Source: Leucoraja erinacea (lineage: Eukaryota). From it: a stretch of DNA of 64,000 nt. The notes below the pieces were generated by a model that saw only the letters and a list, made by a program, of their open reading frames with translations, was not told the DNA's origin and made no database searches. This document shows positions 1 to 12,155 of the stretch, piece after piece. The DNA is taken from positions 16,926,001-16,990,000 of the forward strand of contig NC_073403.1 of assembly GCF_028641065.1 (NCBI RefSeq), in the 5' to 3' direction. Numbering within the stretch: the first letter of the stretch is position 1; each line of letters starts with the position of its first letter. A program made the position numbers and the translations under genes.

Positions 1-51
1 ATGTACTGGCATGAAATGGCATGAAACATGGAACAATTAGGGTCACCTATT

Positions 52-157
52 TGTCACCTATTCCTTTTCTCCAGAGATGCTGCCTGACCCACTGAGTTAC
101 CCCAGCTTTTTGTGTCTATCTTCGGTTTAAACCAGCATCTGCGGTTTCTTCCCACAC
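52..157 (+). mobile_element. Penelope-derived short element, 3' fragment
   Basis: Matches the window's recurrent GTCACC..TCTCCAGAGATGCTGCCTGACCC..AAACCAGCATCTGC motif; hammerhead core is absent. Confidence 0.7.
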
Positions 158-598
158 AATGAAATGATTATTTGCTGCAGTTTTACAGACCCATTAACAC
201 AATAACTCACAAATAAATGTGTAATCATCAATAATACATTAAATTAAAAAATAGTAATACTAAGTAATGGTGCAAAACCAAAGTCAGTGGTGCAACTAAC
301 AACAGCTAGGAGGATTAAGGAGAAAATGAGCAGAGCATGGCAGAGATCCAAGATGCACTCTTTGAACAGGTAGAAGAGGTAGCAAATATCATCACATTTA
401 CAAAGTTGGATGAACCATAACCTGCAGGGTGACTGATCCAGTGCCAGAGGATGGGATTAGGCTGAGAATGTCACAAATATGGGCCAAATGGCCTCGTTCT
501 GTGCTGTTAATTTTCTTTTATTCTACGAATGATACCACTTGACCTGGTAACCTGGGCACACCGGCACCATTTGCCAACCCCTGCTGCAGGCCAAATCC

Positions 599-886
599 AG
601 AGTTGCTGCCTTACAGCACCGGAGACCCAGGTTCGATCCTGACTACGGGTACTGTCTGCACTGAGTTTGTACGTTCTCCCCGTGACCCACATGGGGTTTT
701 TTTCCGGGATCTCCGGTTTCCTCCCACACTCCAAAGTCGTACAGGTTTGTAGATTTATTGGCTCGGTATAATTGTAAAATTGTCCCTAGTGTGTGTAGGA
801 TAGTGTCATTGCTTGGAGTCGCTGGTCGGCATGGACTCGGTGGCTGAAGGGCCTGTTTCAACGCTGTTTCCCTTAATTAAACTAAA
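599..886 (+). mobile_element. HE1-type tRNA-derived SINE
   Basis: B-box GGTTCGATCC, central GGTTTCCTCCCACACTCCAAAG domain, CR1-like tail, TAAAC repeats. Confidence 0.85.
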
Positions 887-889
887 TCC

Positions 890-1360
890 GCAATTTGCCA
901 TCAAGCTGGAAAGAGTGCGGAGAAGATTTACAAGGATTTGCCAGCACTCGAAGTCCTGAGCTGCAGAAGAGATTGGACAGGCACGGGCTTTATTCCTTGC
1001 AGCACAGGAGGGGTGATCTTATAGAGGTGGATAAAATCATGAGGGGAGTAGATTGGGTGAATGCACGGTGTCTTTCACCCCGGTTAGTGGAATCAAGAAG
1101 TAGAGAGCTACTAGGTTTATGGTGAGAAGGGAAAGATTTATAAGGAACCCATGGGGCAAACTTTTCACACAGGGTGTTTTATGAAATGAGCTGCCAGAGG
1201 AAGTAGTGGAGGCAGGTACAGTACCAACATTTAAAAGACATTTGGACAAGTTCATGGGTAGGAAAGGTTTAAAGGAATCTGGGCTAAACAAGGGAAAATG
1301 GGATGAGCATAGATGGGGCATCCTGGTCGGCATGGACAAGTTGGGCCGAAAGGCCTCCAC
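890..1360 (+). mobile_element. CR1/HER1-like LINE 3' fragment
   Basis: Degenerate ORF2 C-terminus (LDRHGLYSL..RGDLIEVDKIM) and a 3' tail ending TGGGCCGAAAGGCC. Confidence 0.85.
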
Positions 1361-2056
1361 AACTGACTAAGATTCCAATACATATCGCAGCTGCGCCTTG
1401 ACATATTTATTTGGTAATGTTCAGACATTTCTTGTTGCAATACGATTGTTACTTGAAACTATCTCTGCTGCTTGTTAGAAATTATCTTCAATATCCTTTT
1501 GTCTTGAGCATGAAGTTTGGAAAAGAACCAGTCAGCAGGGAGCAAGCAGGGCCATGAGTAAGCAGCTTGCATGGCGCTAATATCAATCAACATTGTTTCA
1601 AGCTGAGCAGGAAGCGCAATTTACTTTAAAAGTCGCTACCTGCTCCTAAATGCCTTAGTTTGTAAATCCCAGCAAATTGTGGAGAACTAACCAGAGGGAC
1701 ACATATTGATCAATTAATAAGTGCGTTGTGTCTCATGAGCCAGCAGTATTCCGACACTCTGTCCCTGCCACCCTTTAGAGAGGCACTCACAAAAGCACAA
1801 ACTTGCATTTAAGTAGTGCTCTTATAGTTGAGCAATGCTCCCAGGTGCTCCGCGGTGGTTTCATTTATGGAGAAGGGACAAAGAGAGGATGTTAGGAGAG
1901 GAAGCCAGTAGCTTGTTCAAATATATTTTGAAGGTTTTAAGGGGCTAATAAAGAAAGTGATGAGAAAGGAACATTTAGGAGCGGGGAGATGGCTGAAGCA
2001 TGGGTCATGTCCGCATCATTGACTCGCTGAAACCAGCTCCAAGTATGCAGACAAAA

Positions 2057-2191
2057 TGTGTAGGAAGGGATCTGCAGATGCTGGTTTACATTGAAGATTG
2101 ACCCAAAATAGTGGAGCAACTCATCGGGTCAGGCAGCATCTCTGGAGAAATGGAATAGGCGACGTTTTAGGGTTGAGACCCTTCTTCAGAC
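2057..2191 (-). mobile_element. Penelope-derived element with hammerhead-like motif
   Basis: Minus strand reads GTCTGAAGAAGGGTCTCAACCCTAAAACGTC followed by the family body. Confidence 0.75.
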
Positions 2192-2308
2192 CAAATATTC
2201 AACACATTTTCGGAGAACCTGCTTGTGTCTGATGTCTCTGTATGTTGATACGGCAGGATCCACTTCTTGCCATTGATGATGTTGCTGTGGGAGTATGGAG
2301 GAGTGACT

Positions 2309-2567
2309 CAAAATGCTGGAGTAACTCAGCGGGACAAGTAGCATCACTGGAGAGAAGGAAGGGGTGATGTTTCACACCTTAAATTCACTTTGTACCCTTC
2401 CATATCTCTAGTTTCCCTCACCCCTGACTCTCAGACTGAAGATGGGTCTTGACCCGAAACGTCACCCCTTCCTTCTCTCCAGAGATGCTGCCTGCCCCGC
2501 TCCAGTTACTCCAGCATGTTGTGTCTATCTTCGATTTAAACCAGCATCTGCAGCTCCTTCCCACACA
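2309..2567. mobile_element. Penelope-derived inverted dimer
   Basis: Minus arm 2309-2373 and plus arm to 2567; core CTGAAGA-TGGGTC-TT-GACCC-GAAAC-GTC at 2436-2463; imperfect flanking repeat GGAGGA(G/T)T(G/T)ACT. Confidence 0.75.
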
Positions 2568-3256
2568 GGGAGGATTTACTTCTTGTTGTTGTTACTGTGT
2601 ACTGATTTGCCGTGAATTCGTCTGAATTAGAATTCCTTACTTTTATATTTGAGCCTTGGTCATTTGTGGTCTGACACACCATCGCAAGAATACCCTTGTA
2701 GGGTCAATCATCGCAATTTCATTATTTATGGCACCGTTTCATCGCTGTTGTTAATGAATGTCAAAAGCAGCATCATTTAGTATCAAACACCACTACATTG
2801 GCAGTGACACCAAAGGAATGTAAGCATTGATTTCCAGGAAACTGAGATAAAATATATTATTAGGCCACACCCTATATTTGACACCATGAGACCTTTGGAT
2901 TTGACTTAATATCAGTCACTCATTTATTGTTTTGTTCTGTAACTAACAATAGAATATGCATAAAAAACGCTTTTGTAAACACCCTGAGGATTTTAGGCTT
3001 TTTTGTAATTGTATTGGAGCTATTATTTTTTTATTATGTTATCTGTGAGTATTACTTTTACTGGTTTATTATGCTGCTGCAAGGAAGAATGTCATTGTTA
3101 CATTGTCAGTACAAATGACAACTAGACACTCTTGACTCTCTTGATACCTCTTGCTATATTCACGGTGCTATACAAATGCATGTTGTTGAACGCTGATCTG
3201 CTTGGAATCCAGATCTTTTTTTCTGCCTTCTCTGAACATATTTGATGTCAACGATG

Positions 3257-3489
3257 TCTGTAAGGAGTTTGTACCTTCTCCCCGCGTCCTGTGTGGGTTT
3301 TCTCCAGGATCTCCGGTTTCTTCCCACACTCCAAAGATGTACAGGTTTGTAGGTTAATTAGTTAGGTATAATTGTAAATCGGCCCCCGTGTGTGTAGGAT
3401 AGCGTTAGCGTGCAGGGATCGCTGGTCGGCGCAGACTCAGTGGGCCAAGGGGGTCTGTTTCCACACTGTATCTCTAAACTAAACTAAAT
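3257..3489 (+). mobile_element. HE1-type SINE, 5'-truncated
   Basis: Central domain plus GTATCTCTAAACTAAACTAAA tail. Confidence 0.85.
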
Positions 3490-4494
3490 TAGATGTCAAA
3501 CCTAACAAAGTATTGCATTCTCAACATCAGATTTTTCTCAATCATAAGTCTGTTACTGTGATATAAATGGTAGAGTCTCCAGAAGCTTTCTTTAAGGAGT
3601 GAATTTATTTGGTCAATTTATGCTCATTAAATTTGTCAATAAGCCTTTATCTTCAAACAAGAAATCAATCCCCCACATAAAAATAGTGGAAATATATAAA
3701 TAATTATTTATATCATGTGAGCACAGGATAGAATTTAATCCTCAGTCATGTGTACTGAAAAATGTAAATTAAGGTAAATGTGTAGTACCCACTTCCAAAA
3801 TTCAGTTCCATTGTAGACATCAGGAATGAATTAAGAGGCAAGTACAACACAGATGGATGACAGTATCATGCATAGCACTTAAAATGGTCAAATGATTCAT
3901 AAATCATGTGGTCCATTCTAGTTTGAAAGTGATGGAAAGGTTAACATTTCAGGTGATAACCTTCCAATAGATTCCAGGATTTAATTCTGTTCAGAGACTA
4001 GTCGCTGAGTCGTTGAGTCACACAGCATGGAAAACAGGCCATTCTGCCCAACTCGTCCATGCCGAACAAGATGAACGGAATGGAATAGTTTATTGTCACG
4101 TCTGACTAGGCACAGTGAGATTCTTTGCGTGCATGCCCAATGTATACAAATAGCAGCCACCCACAGCGTGGACAAAGTTAAGCTGGCTCCTCCTTTTGTT
4201 CCATCTAAGAGTCCTACTTGCCTGCGTTTAGACGATTTCCCTCTGAACCCCTCCTATCTATGTACCTGATCTTTTAGTATCCAAGCAGAGGATGATAGAT
4301 TCCTTGTGTCTGTAATTTAGCTTGACATAATAGATATTCATGGAAACTCTAATCCTCCTCCGCTTTTCCCATTGTTTCTTATTATAATTTGAAGCGAGGC
4401 AGAAGTTCTGATATTTTATCCAACGCCAATTCTCAACCTTTTACATGTTACACAAGGGCATCAACAATGGGTCACCTGGTTGTTCAATGTTTTA

Positions 4495-4645
4495 CAGGTT
4501 AGACATAAGTTTAAGGTGAAGGGGAAGAGATTTAATAGAAATCTGAGGGGAAACTTTTTCACACAAAGGGTGGTAGGTGTATGGAACAAGCTGCCTGAGG
4601 AGGTCGTTGAGGCTGGGACTCTCCCAACATTTAAGAAACAGTTAA
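4495..4645 (+). mobile_element. CR1 LINE fragment
   Basis: Translates as RHKFKVKGKRFNRNLRGNFFTQRVVGVWNKLPEEVV (CR1 ORF2 C-terminus). Confidence 0.85.
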
Positions 4646-5258
4646 GTGTGAAATTATTTTTACTCAAAGGGTTTCAAGGCCTGGAACTCACTGGATGAAA
4701 GGTTCACTTTTAAACAGGATTTGGATAAGTGCTTCTTGAGCCATGACTTCTGCTGTAAAGTGGGATTTGGCTGGGTTGGAGTTGTTCAGTACAGACTTGA
4801 TGGACCAATTCCCTTCTGCATTGGAAATGTTCTATGATTTCAGGATTCCAAGATGATCCCAAAACGTCTAGCTGAAATCTCTCCTCTTCATGTTGCATGT
4901 GGTAAAATCCACAGATAACCTTGGCATGGTCTCTTTGAGAATCAGGAGAGGGTAAGAAGGGGGTGAGGTAGCTCGGTGGATGTCTATTTCCTTGCACGGA
5001 TGGCTCTAATTTGAACATGTGGCCAGGTAACTTGGTAATCAACTTCAACTTCACTGGATCTTCCCTCATGGTAATCTTGACCACAACAAATTCACTCCTG
5101 TTGTGATACCCATGATTTATACCCCAGTCCTGTAGTCTGGACATCGACACACACCTCCAGCCCTTCTCTCTCATCATGTTCCAGAACACCCTCTTGTTAT
5201 CTCCTCACTCCTCCAATGTACCTCTATGCTCTTGTTCCTGCCAGATAGAGATGTCGAC

Positions 5259-5492
5259 TGTCATTTGTTGACCAATAGCCTGTCAATGGTTGACCTATAA
5301 CAAGTCAATCATTGACACATAACCTGCCAATTATTGACCTATGACCCATCAATCACTGATCTATAACCTATCAATCATTGATGCATTGTCTGTCAATTAT
5401 TGACCTATAACTGGTCAATTATTGATCTATAACCTATCAATCATTGACCTCTAGCTCATCAATTATTGCTCTATAACCTTTCAATTATTGAC
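5259..5492. repeat. 22-bp minisatellite, about 10.5 copies, with palindromic core
   Basis: Consensus approximately TCAATYATTGACCTATAACCTR; cores at 5283, 5305, 5327 and onward. Confidence 0.9.
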
Positions 5493-6118
5493 CACAGGCC
5501 AGAACTCCATTTAAAGGAACCCTTTTGTTAAATTCTGCAGGAAGTCTTTCCATCCATGACTCAAGATCTCACAAAAGGTCACACTACATCCAACTCATCA
5601 GCATGCCCACAGACACATCACCTCCAGACTAAAATACAAGCCACTGCTGCTGACCCTGCAGCACTCCCACAATGTTGCATTATGTGTCAATGCTTCAGCT
5701 CACAAACCTCTGACGCAAAAAGCCAATTGAACCAAACAGCGGCTTTGAATCCATTTCTACACTGAACCAAATATTTGCATGTGCTGCCGTGAACAGATAA
5801 TGGTGACTCAGTTGCTAAACGCACCACCACTTTCCAGGAAAGTAGGTGGGAGGGTGAAATATATTTGGATCCCTGCCACCTGTAATCACCTCGTCCACCT
5901 TTGTTCCCCGGGAGTGCGTTCCACAGCCAATCTCGAGGGCGTGGTAGGCCACTCCCTGGTTCCTCTCCTACTAGCCTCGCTCCTCTCCCATTAGTCATTG
6001 TCATCCACACCATCCTACCAGCCTCTGGTCAGAGAGGATTCTGTTCACCAGAAACATTTGCATGTAGGTTATTTATACAGATACAAGGAACTGCAGATGA
6101 TGGAATTTTCCACCACAT

Positions 6119-6447
6119 GGGCAGCATGGTGACGCAGCTGTAGAGTTGCTGCCTTACAGCATTCGCAGCACTGGAGACCCAGGTTCGATCCCGACTACGT
6201 GGTGTGTGTGTCTGTACGGAGTTTTTACGTTCTCCCTACGACCTGCATGGGTTTTCGCCAAGATCTTTGGTTTCCTCCCACACTCCAATGACGTATAGGT
6301 ATGTACAGTAGGTAAATTGGCTTGATAAAGATTAAAAAATGTCCCTTGTGCGTGTAGGATGGTGTTAATATGCGGGGATCGCTGGTCGGCGCAGACTCAG
6401 TAGGCCGAAGGGGTTGTTTCCCGCGCTGTATCTCTAAACTAAACTAA
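6119..6447 (+). mobile_element. HE1-type SINE, full length, flanked by 28-bp direct repeat
   Basis: tRNA-like head and TAAAC tail; CTGCAGATGATG(GA/AC)ATTTTCCACCACAT at 6091-6118 and 6449-6476. Confidence 0.9.
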
Positions 6448-6479
6448 TCTGCAGATGATGACATTTTCCACCACATCAG

Positions 6480-6882
6480 TCACCCTGTTCCATTCCCCTC
6501 CTCCATGCATACATCATCTCCCATTCCCAAGTCCCTTTTACCCCTCCTCTATACCCTCCCCTGTCCCCTTCCACCCATATCCCTTACTCCAGCTTTACAG
6601 TTGATGCCTTCGCTTTTTTTCCTGATCTGATACCCTTTGTCTCCCTTTTAACCTCTAGGCTTTGTCACCTACTCCACACATCTGCCCGTCATTCTCCTCA
6701 CCTGCATTCACCTATCACATGCCATGCATTGCCCAGCCCCACCTTTCTTTACCAGCTTTCTCCCCCTATCTCCCACCTCCATCAGTCTGAAGAAGGCCCC
6801 TGACCCAAAACATCATCTATCCACTCCATCCACAGATGCTGCCTGACCTGTTGAGTTCCTCCGGTACTTTGTGTTTTTCTCC
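6480..6882 (+). mobile_element. Penelope-like element 3' region (pyrimidine-rich UTR plus hammerhead-like motif)
   Basis: CT-rich tract followed by ATCAGTCTGAAGAAGGCCCCTGACCCAAAACATC and the family tail. Confidence 0.7.
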
Positions 6883-7049
6883 AGGTTCTTTAATGTTGGT
6901 TTAGTCAAGGTGGCATTCTGTCCACTGGAGGTACTTGAATGCAGATCATTTATGGTGAAATGTTCAGGGACTCTGATGTAGAGAGGAGATCAAACACCAC
7001 TCAATCCTCTCACCAGCTAAAAAACTGTGAAGGTGAATTGACCATTGGT

Positions 7050-7450
7050 TTAACGTTATTATTGCTACGCATACTGAGATACAGTGAAATGTGTTGTTTT
7101 GCAGCCAGCCAAATCTGATAATACAATCCATAAATACAATCAAGCCACACTCACCTACTAAAAGTAGAGTAAAGGGAAAGATACAGAGTGCAGAACATAG
7201 TTCTCAGCATCAGAGCACATCAGTCCAAAGACCACAATGGGGCGGAGTTGAATTGGATAATACCCCAGCTTATTGAAGGGTTGCTCAGAAGTATGATAAC
7301 AGAGAGGAAGATTCTGTTCCTGTGTCTGGTGGTGCTCGCTTTCAATCTTTTGTATATTCTGCCTGAAGGGAGTTGGGAGCAGAAGGAATATCTGGGGTGG
7401 CACAAGTTTTTGATTGTGTTGGCTGATTTTCTGAGGCAGCGTGAAGTGTA
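7050..7450 (-). mobile_element. Rex1/Babar-like LINE 3' fragment
   Basis: SRCLRKSANTIKNLCHPRYSFCSQLPSGRIYKRLKASTTRHRN C-terminal motif. Confidence 0.75.
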
Positions 7451-7569
7451 GAATGTCAAGTAATACCTGCACTACTTTCTCTTTTTTTCCATCCCCAAAT
7501 CCCCTCTCTGATGTGCTCCCATTTTTCTGCAAAGGACTAAACTTCAGTGGGAAACATCACAAGTTATTT

Positions 7570-7850
7570 CAGATACCTCTGATTGAGCGGGAGTCAATGG
7601 TGGGGATCGCCGTTCTGTGTGATGGTTGTGCTGGGCTACTTCCCGAACTCTGCAATGTCTTGCAAAAACTTTGCAGAACTGTTCTCAAAAATAGCTGGGT
7701 GGCAACCCGACGTGATGCCCGCTATGGTGTATCTGCAGTGAGAGGAGTGGATATTGCACTGTAAACTCAAGGACCTCATCATTGCGTCCAACCTCATGCT
7801 TTTGGTGGCTTTGGTGAAGAAGTCCATTTTTACATCTGGTCCAGCAATGT
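7570..7850 (-). mobile_element. Old Rex1/Babar-like LINE remnant
   Basis: Degenerate RYTIAGITSGCHPAIFENSSA resembles the RCTIESILxGCITAWFGN-type motif seen in other copies. Confidence 0.5.
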
Positions 7851-7869
7851 AAAGGAAGCGAAAAAGTAA

Positions 7870-8252
7870 AGGGCCTGTCCCACGAGCATAGCGACTCCAT
7901 GCGCAAGCGCGACCTAAAGGGCCGCCCACCAGCATGGCCTGCAGGCGGCAAGTGCGACCTTTAGGGTCGCACCGTACGGCCTGCGGGGCCGTCCCACTGC
8001 AGCCGTCGCCGTATGAGTTCTGCGGATGCTCAGTTGGGACAGGCTCTGACCGTAAGATCTAGGGCCTCAGCGGGTGTCACTCACTCGACCTCCGCGCGGC
8101 TTCCCCTTTTGGTTTGGTCGCGCTTGCCGCATGCTGTACGGCTCAAGCAACCACGTTAGGTCGCGCTTGCCGCATGCAGGCGCATGCTGGTGGGACCGGC
8201 CCTTTAGGTCGTGCTTGCCGCATGCAGGTCGCATGCTCGTGGGACAGGCTCT
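7870..8252. mobile_element. PIF/Harbinger-type MITE with nested TIR copies
   Basis: TIR AGGGCCTGTCCCACGAGCAT (1 mismatch); TAA TSD at 7867-7869 and 8253-8255; CpG-rich. Confidence 0.85.
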
Positions 8253-9582
8253 TAAGATCTAGGGAGGGGGGAGAGAGAGGGGGGGGGATGGGAATATTTT
8301 GTAGAATGGTTGAAAATTAGCAATGACACTGTTGGGTCAGTTAGTGACAGAAATTGAAGTTGCTCTAGAATGATTTCATCCATAAAATAACTTGTTGGAT
8401 GTAACATACCTTTGTAAAGCCAACCTGAATTGCTAATTCAGGGAAAGCAGTTAGCCCAAAGTCAAAGGATAAACAACAATAGAATGTCAGCCGGTTCTTT
8501 CAGAGCAGGTACTAGGCAATCTCGCTACCACGCTCGAAGACACGGCTAATAAAACTCAATCAATGCCATTCCTTTTAAGTCAGGAGATTCAATGACGCAG
8601 AAAATAGCTCCTCAGAAGGAAGGAAATGCAATAAAGCACACACTGTATGGGAAAAAATCAATTAAAACACAAGTTATCAAACGACCTTTGATTGCAAAAA
8701 AAATATCCCCACCAGAGACATGGCTTGGGTGGCTGTGTGACTAGTGGTTAGGTAAATGCACTTTGCTGAGTGGAGCTGACCTGAGGAGAATTTGACTTTA
8801 GACAGAATTTGTAATCCAACTTCAGAAGCAAATACCCCAAGTTATCTCTGAAAATGTAAAGGCACAGACTGGTTCAATTTTAGATGTTAGTAGTATAAAA
8901 CTATTGTGGAAACTCCCATGTTTATTCCAGCAATGATCTATGGACATTTCTGCACTACATACTTTGGGTTTGCACTATTATGGTCTGGTACCTAATATTA
9001 CTGATAATTAATTTATTGTATTATTGCTTATAATCTATTTATTGGTGAGTTGTTGTGACAATGGGCCTATGAAGCTGCAGCAATAAGAATGTCATTGTTT
9101 CCTTCCTGGTACAGATGACAATGAATGACTATTGACTTCTTTTGTCTAGATTGAAAAGCCAAATTATGTTTACATTAAAGCTGTGCCCATAGAACATAGA
9201 ATGATACAACATAGAAACAGTCCCTTTAGACCCACAATGTTTGTGCTAAACATGATAAGGTCATAAGGTCTCAAGGAATAGGAGTAGAATTAGGCCATTC
9301 AGCCCATCAATTCAAATCATGGCTGATCTATCTCTCCCTCCTAACCCCATTCTCCTGCTTTCTCCCCAAAACCTCTGACACCCGTACTAATCAAGAAATG
9401 CCAGGTTAAACTAATCTCAACAGCCTGCACATGATCCATATCTCTCCATTCCCAGCAATTCCATGCGCCTATATTATGATAGAATAGGTTGGTAAGCTGC
9501 CATTGTTTTCAAATCAAAACAAATAATATTACAACAAATAATAACTAAGGTAGTGTAACACCCTGATGCAAATCAATTGGTC

Positions 9583-10661
9583 TTACTTAGACTTTGTTCC
9601 TCCCACACTGTTGAGTGCATTGGGCAGCAAGCTTTCGCCATTCTGTTCGGTTATGTGTGACGTCATCCACCCTCGATAGGTTAGCGTCCCGGGCTTCCAA
9701 ATCCTTCTGGAATGTTCGCCTCCATGTGAGTTTTGGCCGGCCTCTTTTCCTTCTTCACCCTCGTAAACGTTCTTGAAGATGTTTATGAAAGCCCCTGGGG
9801 TATAAAGCATAAAACAGAAGAGAGAGAGAGAGAGAGAGCAGAGAGAGACAACCAAAGAAAGGAAAGAAATGGTAGAAATATATAGAAAAAAAAAAAAAAA
9901 ACTAGTGAAGAGGAGATGCAGAAAAGATTTTTTAAAAAGCTTGGATAGAAAGCAAATGCGCAGAAGCACAAGAAGCCAGGGACAGAAATGACACCCGTAC
10001 ACTCTACGGCATAGCCAGAGATCTGGGAGATTCTGGTAGTAGCTCTGGTGCCCCCATATAACACAAGAGTGGGAGAGTACGTCTGACAGAAGAAGAGCCA
10101 AACAAGCAATGGGTTGAGCACTTCAAAGAGGTATTGAATCAACCTGAACCATCGGAACTGTTTGTCTTCACTGAAGAGGAAGATGCTCTAGAACTAGAGG
10201 TGGAGGTTGGACCAATCACAGAAACGGAAGTTGCAAATGCAATTAAGAATCTGAAAAATAACAAAGTAGCAGGCCTCGACCAGATTCCAGCAGAACTACT
10301 AAAGAGCGGAGGGGAAACGTTGAGAGGGAAACTCACGATGCTATGTAATGCATGCTGGTAAGAAAAACGTGCAGCAGAAGACTGGAGGAAAGGTGTGATC
10401 GTGAAATTGCCAAAGAAAGGAGATCTTAGTGACTGTGGAAACTGGAGATGGATCACGTTGCTCTCAGTCCCAGGAAAAGTGCTTTGTTCTGTTCTGCTAC
10501 ATTGTCTTGGAGCAGCTCCTGATATGAAACTCTGTGATGAACAAGCAGGATTCCGCATGGGAAGATCCTGCAGTGAACAGGTCTTTGTGCTACGAAATGT
10601 GGTAGAACAATGCCTGGAATTTCAGAAGCCAATACCAATAAACCTCGTTGATTTAAAACAA
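9583..10661. mobile_element. RTE-clade LINE insertion with internal inversion
   Basis: Minus 9583-~9785 encodes RRKRGRPKLTWRRT..KV* with a TAAG tail. Plus ~9790-10661 encodes linker/RT (AGLDQIPAELLK, KKGDLSDCGNWR, EQAGFR). 13-bp TSD AAATCAATTGGTC at 9570-9582 and 10662-10674. Confidence 0.9.
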
Positions 10662-10699
10662 AAATCAATTGGTCACAAGCTTTAAATTGAGCTGCTCAG

Positions 10700-10945
10700 T
10701 GATTTACCCTTTGGAGTGTACAAGCCAATGACATGAACAGTAAATACTCCAACTTCAAGTAATACTTGCTCTTCTTTTTTTTCCCTACTCCAAATTCCCT
10801 CTCTGATGTGCTCCTGTTTCTCTACCATCTGCCTAGTAATCCCCTCCACCCCCCTCAGTTACCCTGCTCATTTTCCATCCTTCATATCTCATCTCCTATC
10901 CCTGTCTCCAATTTCCTTTTTGTCCAACCTCTTTCCCTTCCCCCA
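10700..10945 (+). mobile_element. Penelope-like ORF end and UTR remnant
   Basis: ..QANDMNSKYSNFK* resembles the PLE C-terminus; 10757-10830 is similar to 7457-7530. Confidence 0.45.
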
Positions 10946-10948
10946 ACC

Positions 10949-11180
10949 CAGAGGTGGGGAACCTTTTCATGTTAGAATGCCGCATTAAGTTAGCTGTAAT
11001 CTAATAAGGCCGCATCCAAGAAAATTAGATATACTTCAAAATGTACATTATTTTGTTAAAATAGCCCTCCTGACTTATTAATGTATTAATTGTGGCCGTC
11101 ATTCGGGGAGGATTATTGCGTTGAATCTCCTTTTACTCTTTGGTATTTTAAATACGTTCATTTTAAGAATAAAATAAAAG
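10949..11180 (+). mobile_element. hAT/Charlie-type MITE, truncated
   Basis: CAGAGGTGGGGAACCTTTT terminus; homologous to 17817-18096. Confidence 0.75.
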
Positions 11181-11186
11181 TGAACA

Positions 11187-11957
11187 GCTATTGTTTGTGT
11201 GCTATCCAGTCAAATAAAAGACTATACATGAATACAATCAAGTATCCACGGTGCTCAGATTAAGGGTACAACATTTAGTGCAAAAATATAATATTGAATA
11301 CTGAATAAAGATAATTCAAAGGACAGCAATTAGATAGATTGGAGGTCAGGACAGCATTCTAGCATATGAGAATATCGTACAGTAGTCTGATAACAGCTGG
11401 GAAGAACCTGTACCTGAATCTGGATAGATATGTTTTCGAACTTCTGCACCTCTTGCTGATGGGAGAGGGGGGAAGAGGCAGTGGCCGGGGTGAGACTGGT
11501 TCTCGATTATGCTGACAGCTTTGCCGAAGCAGCGTGGTGTAAATGGGTTCAATGGAAGTGAGGTCAGTTTGTGTGATGGTCTGGGCTACATCCACAGCTC
11601 TCTGCGCACTCTTGTGGTCTTGGATGGAGCTGTTCCCAAATCAGGCTGTGATGTATCCCGTAAGATGCTTTGTATGGTGCATCTGTAGAAGTTGGTGAGG
11701 GTTGTTGGGGAGTTGGCAAACTTCCTAAGCCCCCTAAGGAAGTACAAGCATTGGTGTGCCTTCCAGGCCATAGCTACGATGTGGCTGGTCCAGTTCAAAT
11801 TATTGGTGATATTTATTCCTAGGAACTTGAAACTGTTGACCGTCACTCATCGGGCGCCATCTATGTATACTGGGGCGTGTGTACTGCTTTGCTTCCTGAA
11901 ATCAATCCAAATCTCCTTGGTCTTTGCTAACATTGAGAGAGAGGATGTTGTCTTCAA
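11187..11957 (-). mobile_element. Rex1/Babar-like LINE 3' fragment
   Basis: FKFLGINITNNLNWTSH..AHQCLYFLRGLRKF..FYRCTIQSIL. Confidence 0.85.
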
Positions 11958-11984
11958 CACCCCCCCCCCCCCCCCAACTGTATC

Positions 11985-12155
11985 ACTATTCCTGTCCCAC
12001 CTCTCTTTTCTAGCTTTCTCCCCCTACCCCATCAGTCTGAAGAACGGTCTCAACTCAAACCATTATCTGTCCATTCTCTCCACAGGTGCTGGCTGATAGA
12101 GTGAGTTTCCTCCAGCACTTTGTGTTTTGTTTTGATTTATCGTCCTTTTGCAAGT
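11985..12155 (+). mobile_element. Penelope-derived element, degenerate
   Basis: ATCAGTCTGAAGAACGGTCTCAACTCAAAC plus family tail. Confidence 0.65.

Noticed and set aside
4710-5189. 159-aa minus-strand ORF
   Set aside because: No convincing domain or splice context; at most a vague resemblance to a decayed LINE ORF1 that I cannot support.
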